A DNA stretch of 63,993 bases, filler included, from Acidimicrobiia bacterium (GCA_046759765.1; 4 parts of 4 records of this genome joined end to end with filler, not necessarily neighbours in it); one strand, 5' to 3'; shown: positions 49,408 to 62,835, counted from the whole stretch's first letter. Numbers and translations are program-made. Notes: generated from the letters alone by a model not told the origin.

Positions 49408-50679
49408 ATGGTCGATCCGAGTTCTGTCGAGCTGGTCGACCCCGAGGTGGCCGAGATCATCCGGAAGGATGTTCTGAGGCAGAACACGCACATCCATCTG
49501 ATCGCCTCCGAGAACTTCGCCTCGCCCGCCGTCATGCAGGCCTCGGGCTCAGTATTCACCAACAAGTATGCCGAGGGCTACCCGGGGCGGCGCTACTACG
49601 AGGGTTGCGAGCACGTAGACGAGATCGAAACGCTTGCCATCACCAGGGCGAAAGAGCTGTTCGGGGCGGAGCACGTCAACGTCCAGGCCCACTCCGGTGC
49701 CCAAGCCAACATGGCCGTGTACTTCGCCTACCTCGAGCCCGGCGACAAGGTCCTAGGGATGCGGCTGGACCAGGGAGGTCACCTCACGCACGGATCCAAA
49801 GTGAACTTCTCCGGCCGCCTGTACGAGTTCGTCGGCTACGGAGTGGACGCCGACACGGAGCTCATCGACATGGACCAGGTCCGCGAGCTGGCTTTGGAGC
49901 ATCGTCCCAAGATCGTGCTGGCCGGCTACTCGGCATACTCACGAGAGCTGGACTACCAGGGCTTTCGCGAGATCGCTGACGAGATTCAGGCGCTCTTCGT
50001 AGTCGACTCGGCACACTTCATCGGGCTCGTGGCCGGGGGCGCGTACCCGGACCCGGTTCCTGACGCTGACATCGTCACCGCCACCACTCACAAAGCACTC
50101 AGGGGTCCGCGGGGCGGGCTCATACTGTCCAAGGAGGAGTTTGGCAAAGACATCGACAAGGCCGTCTTCCCGGATGCACAGGGCGGGCCCTTGATCAATC
50201 AGATCGCGGCCAAGGCGGTCGCTTTTCGCGAGGCCGCCGCGCCTCCCTTTCAAGAATATGCCCATCAAATCGTCAAGAACGCCCGCGCGCTGGCCGCGCG
50301 GGTGGGTGAGCTCGGCCTCCGTGTGATCTCAGGAGGAACCGACAACCACCTTTTCCTGGCCGACACCCGCAGCATCTCAGAGGACCTGACCGGCAAGGAG
50401 GCGGCAACGCTTCTCGACTCGGTGGGGATCACGCTCAACCGCAACACCATTCCATTCGATCCCCGATCACCCTTCGTCACGTCAGGCCTTCGGTTCGGGA
50501 CGCCGGCGGCTACCACCCAGGGGATGCGTGAAGAGGAGATGGTTCAAGTCGCAGACCTGGTGATGCGGGCTCTGGTCCACCGCGACGATCCTGCCGAGAT
50601 CGAACAGATAACGGCCGAGACGGCCAAGCTGGCGGCCGAGTTTCCGCCCTATCACGAAGGGTTCGTGGGCCATGTCTGA
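49408..50679 (+). CDS. glyA: Serine hydroxymethyltransferase
   Basis: [48 protein letters not shown]. Confidence 0.98.
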   Translation: MVDPSSVELVDPEVAEIIRKDVLRQNTHIHLIASENFASPAVMQASGSVFTNKYAEGYPGRRYYEGCEHVDEIETLAITRAKELFGAEHVNVQAHSGAQANMAVYFAYLEPGDKVLGMRLDQGGHLTHGSKVNFSGRLYEFVGYGVDADTELIDMDQVRELALEHRPKIVLAGYSAYSRELDYQGFREIADEIQALFVVDSAHFIGLVAGGAYPDPVPDADIVTATTHKALRGPRGGLILSKEEFGKDIDKAVFPDAQGGPLINQIAAKAVAFREAAAPPFQEYAHQIVKNARALAARVGELGLRVISGGTDNHLFLADTRSISEDLTGKEAATLLDSVGITLNRNTIPFDPRSPFVTSGLRFGTPAATTQGMREEEMVQVADLVMRALVHRDDPAEIEQITAETAKLAAEFPPYHEGFVGHV

Positions 50680-50690
50680 AGGGGGGCGAC

Positions 50691-50799
50691 GTTTTTGTGA
50701 CGCTAAAACACCCATACGGTGGGTAGGCGCCACAAAAACCTTGGCGGTACGTTCTTGTGACGCTTATGCGCCTATACGGTGGGTAGGCGTCACAGAAAC
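50691..50799. repeat. Two tandem 49-bp palindromic repeats (60-bp period)
   Basis: GTTTTTGTGACGCT...CCATACGGTGGGTAGGCGCCACAAAAAC and GTTCTTGTGACGCT...CTATACGGTGGGTAGGCGTCACAGAAAC. Confidence 0.85.
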
Positions 50800-50831
50800 G
50801 GGCTTATCCCTGGAACGACCCCCGTCAGACC

Positions 50832-50862
50832 TTGTGAAAACGATCACAAGCTCCACTACACT
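50832..50862 (+). promoter_or_regulatory. Rex/CRP-type operator overlapping the putative atp operon promoter
   Basis: TTGTGAAAACGATCACAA (50832-50849) followed by TACACT -10 at 50857-50862. Confidence 0.7.
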
Positions 50863-50910
50863 GAGCCTGCACGGCAGAGCCAAGGCGATTTGCAAACCCA
50901 TGGACCAACC

Positions 50911-51141
50911 ATGACGATGTCGCCCGACCGCGGCCAAGAGAAGGCGGAAATGATGGAGGCGGCCACGGTTTCTAGCCGTCTCATCACCTCGGTTCTCTTC
51001 CTGGCCGGCATCGGCTGGCTGGCAGACACTCTCCTCGGCACGTGGCCCTGGCTGACGGGCATCGGGACGGTGGCCGGCGGCGCGATGGGGTTCTATCTGA
51101 CTGTGTTACACGCGAAGGAGGCAGAGAAGCGTGGACGTTGA
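50911..51141 (+). CDS. AtpZ/AtpI family protein
   Basis: GWLADTLLGTWPW...G...G pattern at head of atp operon. Confidence 0.85.
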   Translation: MTMSPDRGQEKAEMMEAATVSSRLITSVLFLAGIGWLADTLLGTWPWLTGIGTVAGGAMGFYLTVLHAKEAEKRGR

Positions 51142-51502
51142 GGCGCGCATCGGCTCGGAGATGGCGCACCGGGCTCTGTGGGTCGTGCCTCTGGTGGTGC
51201 TGGGTGCATTGGTCTTGGGCGGTTGGGAGTCCGGCGGGGCGGCCTTGGTGGGTTCCCTGCTGGCCGTGAGTTCCTTCTGGCTCACCGGACGGGCGCTTTC
51301 GTGGTCGGCGCGACGCTCTGCGAACGCCCTCGGGGCCGCGGCTATGGGCGGCTTCTTCGTCCGGCTGGTGCTGCTGACCGCCGCCTTGTGGCTGGTACTC
51401 AGGGTGTTCTCGCTCGACCTCTTCGGACTGGTGTTGGGACTGGGTGTCACCTACGTAGCGCTGCTCGTTCTCCAGGCCCGAAAGGAGCTGGCCTCACGAT
51501 GA
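51131..51502 (+). CDS. atpI: ATP synthase protein I
   Basis: Four TM segments, GGFFVRL, directly before atpB. Confidence 0.8.
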   Translation: MDVEARIGSEMAHRALWVVPLVVLGALVLGGWESGGAALVGSLLAVSSFWLTGRALSWSARRSANALGAAAMGGFFVRLVLLTAALWLVLRVFSLDLFGLVLGLGVTYVALLVLQARKELASR

Positions 51503-52269
51503 CTTGGCTCCTGGCGCAGATCGTGGAGGTACCCACGGATCCGAACGAGCTATTCGACTTTCCTTCGCTGCTCGAGGGATTCTTCATCAACCGCACCGCC
51601 ATCCTGGTATCGCTAGCTGCGGTCCTGGCATTCCTGCTCCTCTGGCTGCCGTTCCGTCGGCCACGCATCGTGCCGACGAAGTTCCAGGTAGTGGTCGAGT
51701 CCCTTCACGGCTTCGTGGTCAACAGCATCGGGAGGGACGTCATCGGGCCCGAATCACACAAGTACGAGTGGCTCCTGGTGCCAATGTTCTTCTGGATCCT
51801 GATCATGAACCTGTTCGAGGTCACCCCAGGAATCAACTACCCGCCCACCTCTCGCATGGCGATCCCACTGCTGCTGGCCGTCTTCGTGTGGATCGTGTTC
51901 ATTTTTGTTGGGCTCAAGAAGCACGGATTCCGCTACATCACCGCGACGCTGATTCCCCCGGGGGTCCCCAAGGCGCTCCTGATCCTTGTCATCCCGATCG
52001 AGTTCATTTCCGTCTTCATCATCCGCCCCGTCAGCCTGGCCGTCCGGCTCTTCGCCAACATGGTGGCCGGTCACATCATGCTGACGGTCTTCTTCCTCAC
52101 CACCGCCGCCTACTTCGTGCTGGGGCCCAAACTCATCGGCTGGATCATCCCGTTCTCGTTCTCGGTGGTACTGGTCGGGTTCGAGGTGTTCGTGGCGGTC
52201 CTGCAGGCATTCATATTCACACTGCTCACAGCGGTCTACATCGAGAGCTCCATCTACGTGGAGCACTGA
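51499..52269 (+). CDS. atpB: ATP synthase Fo subunit a
   Basis: VPTKFQ, IRPVSLAVRLFANMVAGH, LQAFIFTLL..VYI. Confidence 0.97.
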   Translation: MTWLLAQIVEVPTDPNELFDFPSLLEGFFINRTAILVSLAAVLAFLLLWLPFRRPRIVPTKFQVVVESLHGFVVNSIGRDVIGPESHKYEWLLVPMFFWILIMNLFEVTPGINYPPTSRMAIPLLLAVFVWIVFIFVGLKKHGFRYITATLIPPGVPKALLILVIPIEFISVFIIRPVSLAVRLFANMVAGHIMLTVFFLTTAAYFVLGPKLIGWIIPFSFSVVLVGFEVFVAVLQAFIFTLLTAVYIESSIYVEH

Positions 52270-52511
<242 letters not shown>

Positions 52512-52512
<1 letters not shown>

Positions 52513-53048
52513 TGGCGGAACAGACCCTCCTTCTAGCCGCCGAGGAGAAGTCAGGGCTCTTCCTGATTCTTCCCCAGACCGAAGAGCTGATCTGGGGTGC
52601 GATCGCCTTCGCGGTGCTCGCGCTTCTGATTTGGCGCTTCGCCGGGCCGGCCATCAAGAACACCCTGGACGCTCGCCAGGCTGCCGTCACCGGAAGCCTG
52701 GAAGATGCAGAGACGGCCAAGCAGGAAGCTCAGAGTTTGCTGGAGGACTACCGCCAGCAACTAGCCCAAGCACAGGACGAGTCGAATCGGATCATCGGGC
52801 AAGCCCGTCAGACCGCAGACGCGATCCGGCAGGAGACCGTCGACAGAGCCAATGCCGAAGCCGAAGAGATCCGTCAGAAGGCACGGGAAGACGCGGCGGC
52901 GGAAATGGAAAGGGCTCGCGAGGGACTCCGATCGGAGGTGGCGAACTTGTCGATCGACTTGGCCGAGCGAGTTGTCCAGGAGAGCCTCGACCGTGAGACC
53001 CAGCTCGGACTCGTCGAGCGTTACATCGAGGAGCTCGAAAGGACCTGA
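52512..53048 (+). CDS. atpF: ATP synthase Fo subunit b
   Basis: ELIWG..AF TM helix then long coiled coil. Confidence 0.95.
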
Positions 53049-53572
53049 TGGCATTAGAGGACGGCTACGCGCAGGCGATCTTCGGGATCGCACGCAGCGA
53101 GGGACAGCTCGAGGAGCTGGAAGACGAGCTGTTCCAAGTGGCGCGTGGCATCGAGGGCTCGACGGAGCTGAGGGATACCCTCAGCGACCGGCGTATTCCG
53201 GTCGAGCGGCGGATGGGCATCATTGAAGAGCTCATAGCCGGCAAGGCAACGCGGCTGACCCTGGCCCTGGTGGAGTTTCTGGTGGCGGCAGAACGCATAC
53301 GCGAACTGCCGCGCATCGCCGACGAGTTCGTGGCCTTGGCCGCGGCGGAGCGGCAGAAGGCGGTGGCCGAGGTCCGGTCGGCGGTTCCGCTCGACACGGA
53401 GATGGTCGACCGTCTGACGGAAGCACTCGGAAGGGCAACCGAGAAGGAAGTGGAGGTGAAGATCGTTGTGGACCCGTCCATTGTGGGCGGCGTCGTGGCT
53501 CGGATCGGCGACACGGTTATCGACGGCTCGATCAGGTCTCGCCTCGTCGGTCTACGGCAGGCACTTCGCTGA
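53048..53572 (+). CDS. atpH: ATP synthase F1 subunit delta
   Basis: YAQAIF, SAVPL, VDPSIVGG...IGDTVIDGS. Confidence 0.96.
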   Translation: MALEDGYAQAIFGIARSEGQLEELEDELFQVARGIEGSTELRDTLSDRRIPVERRMGIIEELIAGKATRLTLALVEFLVAAERIRELPRIADEFVALAAAERQKAVAEVRSAVPLDTEMVDRLTEALGRATEKEVEVKIVVDPSIVGGVVARIGDTVIDGSIRSRLVGLRQALR

Positions 53573-53584
53573 TGAGGAGCATTG

Positions 53585-55114
<1,530 letters not shown>

Positions 55115-55120
55115 CTAGCC

Positions 55121-55996
55121 GTGGCCAGCGCCGAGCTGCGTCAGATCAAGCGGCGCATACGGAGTGTCCAGTCCACCCGGAAGATCACCCGGGCGATGGA
55201 GTTGATCGCCGCCTCGCGGATCGTGCGGGCGCAAGCGCGCGTGCAGGCCGCGGGGCCCTACGTGACGAAGCTCGCTGAGGTGATTCAGAATGCGGCCCGA
55301 GCTGCCGGCGGAACCACCCACATGCTGCTCGAAGCGCGCGACGTCGAAACGGTCGGTTTGGTAGTCGTCACGTCTGATCGCGGGCTCGCCGGCGCCTATA
55401 ACGCCAACATCTACCGGCTCGCCGAGCGGACGCTGGTCGAACACCGTCAAGCCGGGAGGGATTACCGGCTGTATGCGGTCGGCAAGAAGGCGCAGAGTTA
55501 TTTCCGTTTTCGCGGCTATGCCGTCCAGCAGTCCTTCCTGGGCGTGACCGACACGCCCGGATACGGCGACGCTCGCGCGGTGGCGAACACAGTGCTCAAC
55601 GAGTTTGCCTCCGGAGCCGTGGACAAGATCGAGGTTGTCTATACCCGCTTCCTCTCGGCGCTGGCTCAGGAGCCACTATTGGTGACCTTGATCCCGGTTG
55701 AGCCTCCGGAGGCGGAGGAGGGAGCAGCCACGGTGGCCTACGAATACGAACCCGATGCCGAGACTTTGCTGGCTCGGCTCCTACCGCGCTTCGTGGAGGC
55801 AACCGTGTTCGGGGCACTCCTGACCAGCTCGGCGTCGGAGCACGCTTCGAGACAGAGAGCCATGAAAGCGGCGACCGAAAACGCGGACGAGCTCATCAAG
55901 TTGTTGGACCGGGTCTACAACCAAGCACGTCAGGCGGAGATCACGACCGAGATCTCGGAGATCGTGGGTGGCGCCGAGGCATTGATAAGAGGCTGA
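55121..55996 (+). CDS. atpG: ATP synthase F1 subunit gamma
   Basis: KITRAMELIAAS, SDRGLAG, RQAEITTEISEIVGG. Confidence 0.98.
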   Translation: MASAELRQIKRRIRSVQSTRKITRAMELIAASRIVRAQARVQAAGPYVTKLAEVIQNAARAAGGTTHMLLEARDVETVGLVVVTSDRGLAGAYNANIYRLAERTLVEHRQAGRDYRLYAVGKKAQSYFRFRGYAVQQSFLGVTDTPGYGDARAVANTVLNEFASGAVDKIEVVYTRFLSALAQEPLLVTLIPVEPPEAEEGAATVAYEYEPDAETLLARLLPRFVEATVFGALLTSSASEHASRQRAMKAATENADELIKLLDRVYNQARQAEITTEISEIVGGAEALIRG

Positions 55997-57429
<1,433 letters not shown>

Positions 57430-57430
<1 letters not shown>

Positions 57431-57765
57431 TGCCCTTCCAAGTGGACGTCGTAGCTCCCGAGGGGATGGTCTGGTCAGGTGAGGCCGATCTCGTGGTGGC
57501 GAGAACCGTCGAAGGAGAGCTCGGCATCATGGCCGACCACGAACCACTGATGGCCTCCCTCGCCACCGGGGCCGTAGCAATCGTGCGAGGCGACGATCGG
57601 CTGGAGATTGGTGTCCACGGAGGCTTCTTACAGGTCGTGGAGAACCAGGTAACACTCCTAACCGACCGCGCTCAGGTTGCCGAGGGCGGCCGAGCCGAGG
57701 CTCTCGAGGTTGCCGAGGAGCTAGCCGAGCAACCCACCTTCGAGGAGGGGTTCGGCGCGGTCTAG
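57430..57765 (+). CDS. atpC: ATP synthase F1 subunit epsilon (short)
   Basis: VVAPE, GELGIMADHEP, VHGGFLQV. Confidence 0.95.
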
Positions 57766-58422
57766 ATGCCTCTCCGAGTCGTCACCGCCAACCTGTTCTT
57801 CGGTCGAGTTGCCCCGCTCACGCTCGAGGCACTGGTGGACGACTTCACGCCGGACATTCTGGCCGCGCAGGAGCTAGTACCGCCGCTCGACGATGTCCTT
57901 GAATCCCGGTTCGCCGAAAGCGCAGTCATTTATGAAGGCAGCGGCCTGAGCATCGGCCTGTTCTTGGCTCGAGCCGGCGTGATCGAACGCCTCCCACTGT
58001 TCTCTTACGACGCCCTTCTGGCTCGGCTCGACAATGACCTCGAGGTGATCACGACCCACATCATCGCTCCGCACAAGTTTCCCCCTTGGAGGACGGCCAG
58101 AAGGCGGATACGGGACCTCCGAGCCATCGTCGAGCATCTCGAACGGGAGCCGGACCGCAGGCGCATTCTGTTGGGTGACCTCAACTCGTCGCCCGTCTGG
58201 CCGGCCTACCGCCGACTCGCCCGTTACCTCGACGACGCCCCGCGATTGCTGGCGGAGCAGAACGGGAGTCGGCCTGACCTGACCTGGGGCCCATGGCCGG
58301 GTTCACCTCGCGTGGCCCGCCTCGATCATGTTCTCGTCTCGGGCCTCCGGGCTCTGTCCGCCGAAGTGGTTGACCTCCCCGGCTCTGATCACCGGGCGGT
58401 CGTGGTCGACGTAGACCTCTAG
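57766..58422 (+). CDS. Endonuclease/exonuclease/phosphatase family protein
   Basis: TANL, AQE, GDLNS, RLDHVLV, GSDHRAV. Confidence 0.92.
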   Translation: MPLRVVTANLFFGRVAPLTLEALVDDFTPDILAAQELVPPLDDVLESRFAESAVIYEGSGLSIGLFLARAGVIERLPLFSYDALLARLDNDLEVITTHIIAPHKFPPWRTARRRIRDLRAIVEHLEREPDRRRILLGDLNSSPVWPAYRRLARYLDDAPRLLAEQNGSRPDLTWGPWPGSPRVARLDHVLVSGLRALSAEVVDLPGSDHRAVVVDVDL

Positions 58423-58428
58423 GCGGGC

Positions 58429-58872
58429 TCACCCCTCGCTGAGCCGGGCGGCGAACTCCTCGACGCTTTGCGGAAGCCCTTTCTGAACGGTCGATTGGAG
58501 CACATTGAAAAAAAGAGTCGAGAGGAATCCCGTTGCTTCCAGCATCAACGTCACGACGATGGCTATTCGATTGTTGGTGATCTCCGACAGCTCCGTCCGA
58601 ATCCAGCCTTTGACCTCGGATGCATCGACGTCCAGCTTCATCAGGTTGGGGTTGTGGGCGGCGCGAACCATGGCCGTGCCCTGGTAGCGGGTGCCTCCTG
58701 CGGTCGCCTCGAAGCCAAAGCCGAGGAGGTTGCCCTCAGGGTCGTGGTGGGCTTCAAAGACGCGGTCGACGCCGGGAATTGCCTCCCAGGTCGCAGCCTT
58801 CTGCAACCTACGCCAGGCCTCCTCCAGTGTGGTGGCGGCTTCCGCCGGGTGGCTGAGCTGGAGTGAGGGCAC
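58429..58872 (-). CDS. SRPBCC/CoxG-like hypothetical protein
   Basis: EEAWRRLQ...WEAIPGV N-terminus, beta-rich core, C-terminal helix. Confidence 0.6.
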   Translation of the reverse strand: MPSLQLSHPAEAATTLEEAWRRLQKAATWEAIPGVDRVFEAHHDPEGNLLGFGFEATAGGTRYQGTAMVRAAHNPNLMKLDVDASEVKGWIRTELSEITNNRIAIVVTLMLEATGFLSTLFFNVLQSTVQKGLPQSVEEFAARLSEG

Positions 58873-58927
58873 TTGGAGAGCCTATTTGAAGGACTCGGCA
58901 CCGGCCGGCAATGGGATACTGCTGACG

Positions 58928-59464
58928 GTGACGTCTCCCACCGACTATCTCCGTCTTGCCCTCGACCCGGTTCGGCTGGCAGTCCTAGGTCACGCGGCAG
59001 TAGCGCCCATCGACGCTGACGAGTTGGCCGAGTCGCTGGGAGTCGATCAGAAGAGTGTTCTGGGAGCCGTTGCCCAGCTCAGAAGCGCCGGATTGCTCGA
59101 TGAGGAAGGACTGCTCGACCGGCTTACGCTCCAAGAGCTCGGGGCAGCACTTCCGAGGCCCGAATCTCCGGCTTCGAGCATCGTCGAAGGTCCTTGGACA
59201 GAGAAGGAATCCGAGGTACTTGCTCGCTTCTTCGAGGGTACGCGGCTCCGAGCAATCCCCAAACAGCGGGCCAAGCGACTGGTGATCTTGGAGCGCCTGG
59301 CCCAGGAGTTCGAACCAGGCATCCGCTATCCCGAACGCCAAGTGAACTTCATTCTTCAGTTGTTCTTTGCTGATTACGCCACACTTCGGCGCTATCTGGT
59401 CGACGAGGGGTTCATAACGAGAGCCGAAGGCGTGTACTGGCGTAGCGGAGGGCGCACGCGATGA
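58928..59464 (+). CDS. HTH-DUF2087 domain protein
   Basis: RLRAIPKQRAKRLVILE, FEPG.RYPE, DYATLRRYLVDEGF..R..G.YWR; N-terminal DPVRL HTH. Confidence 0.9.
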   Translation: MTSPTDYLRLALDPVRLAVLGHAAVAPIDADELAESLGVDQKSVLGAVAQLRSAGLLDEEGLLDRLTLQELGAALPRPESPASSIVEGPWTEKESEVLARFFEGTRLRAIPKQRAKRLVILERLAQEFEPGIRYPERQVNFILQLFFADYATLRRYLVDEGFITRAEGVYWRSGGRTR

Positions 59465-59569
59465 TGGCTTATCGACATCACAAAAACACCGCCGGGTGGC
59501 AAAATAGGCCGCCCCGCTATGGCGGGCTCAGATGACATTCTTGCTTTGCTCCGCAGGAGGACTCTTGAC

Positions 59570-60757
59570 ATGAAGCTGAGGAAGATCTGGTTGGCCGCGC
59601 TCGGCCTTCTTCTCATTCTCGCTCCAGCAACCGCTGCCTGGTCGCAGGAGGCCGAGCCGGTCCAAACCCGCTCGATAGACATCATCACCCCCTTCTCCGG
59701 CGTCGCCGTTGAACCCGGCCAGAGCGCCAACTTCAACCTCGACATCACGGGACCGCCCGGCGAGCGAGTCGAGCTCACCACGAGCGGCGCTCCGAGCGAG
59801 TGGACCGTCCAACTGAAAGGCGGCGGGTTGGTCGTCTCCGAGGTGATCCTGCCCGAGCCGGACGAGAATGGAGTCCAGGACATCAACCTGCGGCTCGAGG
59901 TCGACGTTCCGCAAGAAACGGCCGAGGGCTCATACGACATCCGGGTGACGGGCACGAGTTCGGCGGGTTCGGACACACTGGACCTGTCCATCGAGGTGGC
60001 TGCGGCCATCGGGGGCGGAGTGAGCCTCACCTCCGAATTCCCAGCCCTGCGGGGGCCCGCCGACGTCACGTTCACATACACACTCGAGCTCGAGAACGAC
60101 ACGTCCGAGGAAATCCAGTTCGGCCTCCAGACAACGGGACCGCCTGGGTGGCAGATCGAAGCACGTCCGGCCGGTCAAAGCCGCGCTTCGACGGTCACTC
60201 TCGGACCTGGGGACTCGTCTCGTATCACCGTCGACGTCGATCCCAATGACCTCACCCCGGCGGGCCTCTACAGCGTTCTCGTTGGTGCAGCCGGCGGCGG
60301 GCAGACGACGGAAGCCGAGCTTTTCACGGAGATAACCGGCAACTTTGCGCTCGAGCTGACGACGTCCGATCAGCGCCTCAACCTGACCGCCACAGCAGGT
60401 GAGGCGTCTGACTTGACCCTGATCGTCGTGAACACCGGTACCGCGCCCCTACTCGACGTTCAGGTGTCCTCCACCCCGCCACGGGGCTGGGAAGTCACGT
60501 TCGCGCCGGAGTCCGTCCCGGAGATCGAACCGAACGGAGGGTTCGCCGAGGTGGTTGCCACGGTCACTCCGGCCGGCGATGCCGTGGCAGGCGACTACCG
60601 GATCTCGTTCGACGCCCGGGTCCCAGAGGCCCGGGACTCGATCGAGGTACGCGCAACCGTCGAGACCTCACTCTTCTGGGGATTCGTGGGCATAGCGGTA
60701 ATCGTTGCCGCTCTGGCGGCCCTGCTCTGGGTGTTCCGCCGCTACGGGAGGAGGTAG
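59570..60757 (+). CDS. Secreted, C-terminally anchored NEW3 (NPCBM-associated Ig-like) repeat protein
   Basis: Signal peptide; three Ig-like repeats with P.GW and G.Y motifs; NTGTAPL; C-terminal TM plus FRRYGRR. Confidence 0.85.
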   Translation: MKLRKIWLAALGLLLILAPATAAWSQEAEPVQTRSIDIITPFSGVAVEPGQSANFNLDITGPPGERVELTTSGAPSEWTVQLKGGGLVVSEVILPEPDENGVQDINLRLEVDVPQETAEGSYDIRVTGTSSAGSDTLDLSIEVAAAIGGGVSLTSEFPALRGPADVTFTYTLELENDTSEEIQFGLQTTGPPGWQIEARPAGQSRASTVTLGPGDSSRITVDVDPNDLTPAGLYSVLVGAAGGGQTTEAELFTEITGNFALELTTSDQRLNLTATAGEASDLTLIVVNTGTAPLLDVQVSSTPPRGWEVTFAPESVPEIEPNGGFAEVVATVTPAGDAVAGDYRISFDARVPEARDSIEVRATVETSLFWGFVGIAVIVAALAALLWVFRRYGRR

Positions 60758-60761
60758 GTAC

Positions 60762-61709
60762 GTGGCGGATCCGGTCATATCCGCAAAAGGGCTGACGAAG
60801 CACTATGGCGAACACGTCGTCGTCGACGATCTGAAACTAAACATCATGCCAGGGGAGATCTTCGGGCTCCTGGGACCGAATGGCGCTGGAAAGACAACGA
60901 CGATCCTCATGCTGCTGGGACTCACCGAACCCACCGCCGGAACGGCGCAGATCGCCGGGTTCGATCCCACCTTCGATGCTTTGGCGGTCAAAGCGTCCGT
61001 CGGGTATCTGCCCGACAGTGTCGGCTTCTACGACGACCTCTCGGGGACAGAGAACCTCCGCTATACCGCGAGGCTCAACCGGATTCCGAACAAGGAGATC
61101 GGGGGAAAGATCCAACACGTGCTGGAGGAGGTAGGCCTCTCGCACGCGGGAGATCAACTGGCGGGCACTTACTCGCGGGGAATGCTGCAGAGGCTCGGTA
61201 TCGCCGACGCATTGATCAAAGACCCGGTGGTCCTGATCCTCGACGAACCCACCATCGCCATCGATCCAGAAGGTGTGCTCGAGATTCAGCAGTTGATCCG
61301 TGATCTAGCCGACCATCGCGATGTCACCGTGTTGGTCTCGAGCCACTTGCTGCATCAGATGCAATCCATATGCGATCGAGTGGCGATCTTTGTCGACGGC
61401 AAGATCGTGGCTCAAGGAACGGCGCGCGAGCTGGCGGGTCGTCTCTCCGGTGGGAGGACTACGTTCGAGGTAGATGTGGGAGGTCCCGCCGGTGGTGCCC
61501 GGTCTGCGCTGGACCGGGTGGCCGCCGGCGGGTCGGTTACCGAAGACCCGCTGGTCGCCAATCGTTGGCGCGTCAGCTTGCCGGCTGGCCAGGCTCATCG
61601 GATCGTTGAAGAACTCGTTTCGGACGGGATCAAGGTCAACCAAGTGCGGCGCACAGGGGAGGATCTCGACGAGATCTACCACCGCTACTTCGAGGAGGTG
61701 GCTTCGTGA
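60762..61709 (+). CDS. ABC transporter ATP-binding protein
   Basis: GPNGAGKTT, YSRGMLQR, ILDEP, SSH. Confidence 0.95.
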   Translation: MADPVISAKGLTKHYGEHVVVDDLKLNIMPGEIFGLLGPNGAGKTTTILMLLGLTEPTAGTAQIAGFDPTFDALAVKASVGYLPDSVGFYDDLSGTENLRYTARLNRIPNKEIGGKIQHVLEEVGLSHAGDQLAGTYSRGMLQRLGIADALIKDPVVLILDEPTIAIDPEGVLEIQQLIRDLADHRDVTVLVSSHLLHQMQSICDRVAIFVDGKIVAQGTARELAGRLSGGRTTFEVDVGGPAGGARSALDRVAAGGSVTEDPLVANRWRVSLPAGQAHRIVEELVSDGIKVNQVRRTGEDLDEIYHRYFEEVAS

Positions 61710-62728
61710 CCACGACCACGTTGGGGAGGCCCCCGTCGAAGGGTTGGGCGATTGTCGCCCGCAAGGAGTTCGCCGATCACCTTCTGTCCGTCCGGTTCAT
61801 AGTGCTGCTCATCGTGCTGGGTTTGGTGGCCGCCGCCGCGGTGTACACGACCGCCAACGAAGTAAGGAACGTCGCGGGCGACGCCTCCGAAACCCCCTTC
61901 CTGTTCCTGCTGCTCTTCACGGTCAACATCGAACCGGTGCCGATGTCGTTCTTCTTGGCCGTCGCCTTCCTGGCCCCGCTTCTCGGGATTGCGTTCGGTT
62001 TTGACTCGATAAATGGTGAGCGATCGCGGGGAACGCTTCCCCGGCTGGTCTCGCAGCCGATCTACCGCGACGACGTGATCAACGGCAAGTTTGCGGCCGG
62101 CCTGGCCATCATCAGTGTGATTCTCTTCGCGGTGACCGCCGTAGTAGGCGGAATCGGCATCTTCCGCCTCGGCATAACACCTTCCGCCGAGGAGGTTCTC
62201 CGGCTGCTCCTCTGGTTGATCGTCACGATGATCTATGTCGGAATCTGGTTGGCGTTTGCCACCTTCAGTTCGGTGGCCTTGCGCAGGGCTGCTACCGCCG
62301 CTCTGCTGACGATCGCCGTCTGGCTGGTCCTGGCGCCGGTCGACGACGTGATCGGCGATCCCAACGCGGCCGGTACGGGACTCTTCTGGGGATTCGTGAC
62401 GGAGGTCGTTGCCGACACTCTGGCTCCCGTTGATGAGTCTTCGGCCACCCTCGAGGAGGTCGTCTCCAACGCAGAGACTCAGCAAGCCGTAGATCGGTTG
62501 TCACCCGTCCGACTGTACGAAGACGCCTCGCTCGCTCTCCTCAACCCCGAGGTGCGCTCCGTTGGAGTGGTCACGATCACACAGCTGGACCGGGCGGTGA
62601 TCTCCGAACTCGCGGTTGTCCAGAGCCTCTTGCTCGTCTGGTCTCAGGTGGTCGGGATGGTGGCTGCCACGGTGGTGATCTTCGCCGTCAGCTACGTCGT
62701 CTTCATGCGCCAGGAGATCCGCGCCTAA
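61706..62728 (+). CDS. ABC-2 type (NosY-like) permease
   Basis: VARKEF, GFDSINGERSRGTL..L.SQPI.R..VI.GK, FMRQEIR. Confidence 0.92.
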   Translation: MTTTTLGRPPSKGWAIVARKEFADHLLSVRFIVLLIVLGLVAAAAVYTTANEVRNVAGDASETPFLFLLLFTVNIEPVPMSFFLAVAFLAPLLGIAFGFDSINGERSRGTLPRLVSQPIYRDDVINGKFAAGLAIISVILFAVTAVVGGIGIFRLGITPSAEEVLRLLLWLIVTMIYVGIWLAFATFSSVALRRAATAALLTIAVWLVLAPVDDVIGDPNAAGTGLFWGFVTEVVADTLAPVDESSATLEEVVSNAETQQAVDRLSPVRLYEDASLALLNPEVRSVGVVTITQLDRAVISELAVVQSLLLVWSQVVGMVAATVVIFAVSYVVFMRQEIRA

Positions 62729-62730
62729 CT

Positions 62731-62822
62731 GTTCTCGTGACGCTTTCTCACCTATACGGTGGATTCGCGTCACCAAAACCTGCGGATGCGTCTTCCTTAT
62801 AGGTGGATTCGCGCCACCAAAA
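62731..62822. repeat. One full and one partial copy of the 49-bp palindromic repeat
   Basis: GTTCTCGTGACGCT...CACCTATACGGTGGATTCGCGTCACCAAAAC then ...TATAGGTGGATTCGCGCCACCAAAA; similar to 50691-50799. Confidence 0.8.
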
Positions 62823-62835
62823 GAGAAGGGATCCC

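Noticed and set aside
50691..50799. Possible mini-CRISPR array
   Set aside because: Only two 49-bp imperfect units with an 11-bp gap, copies dispersed elsewhere, and no cas genes.
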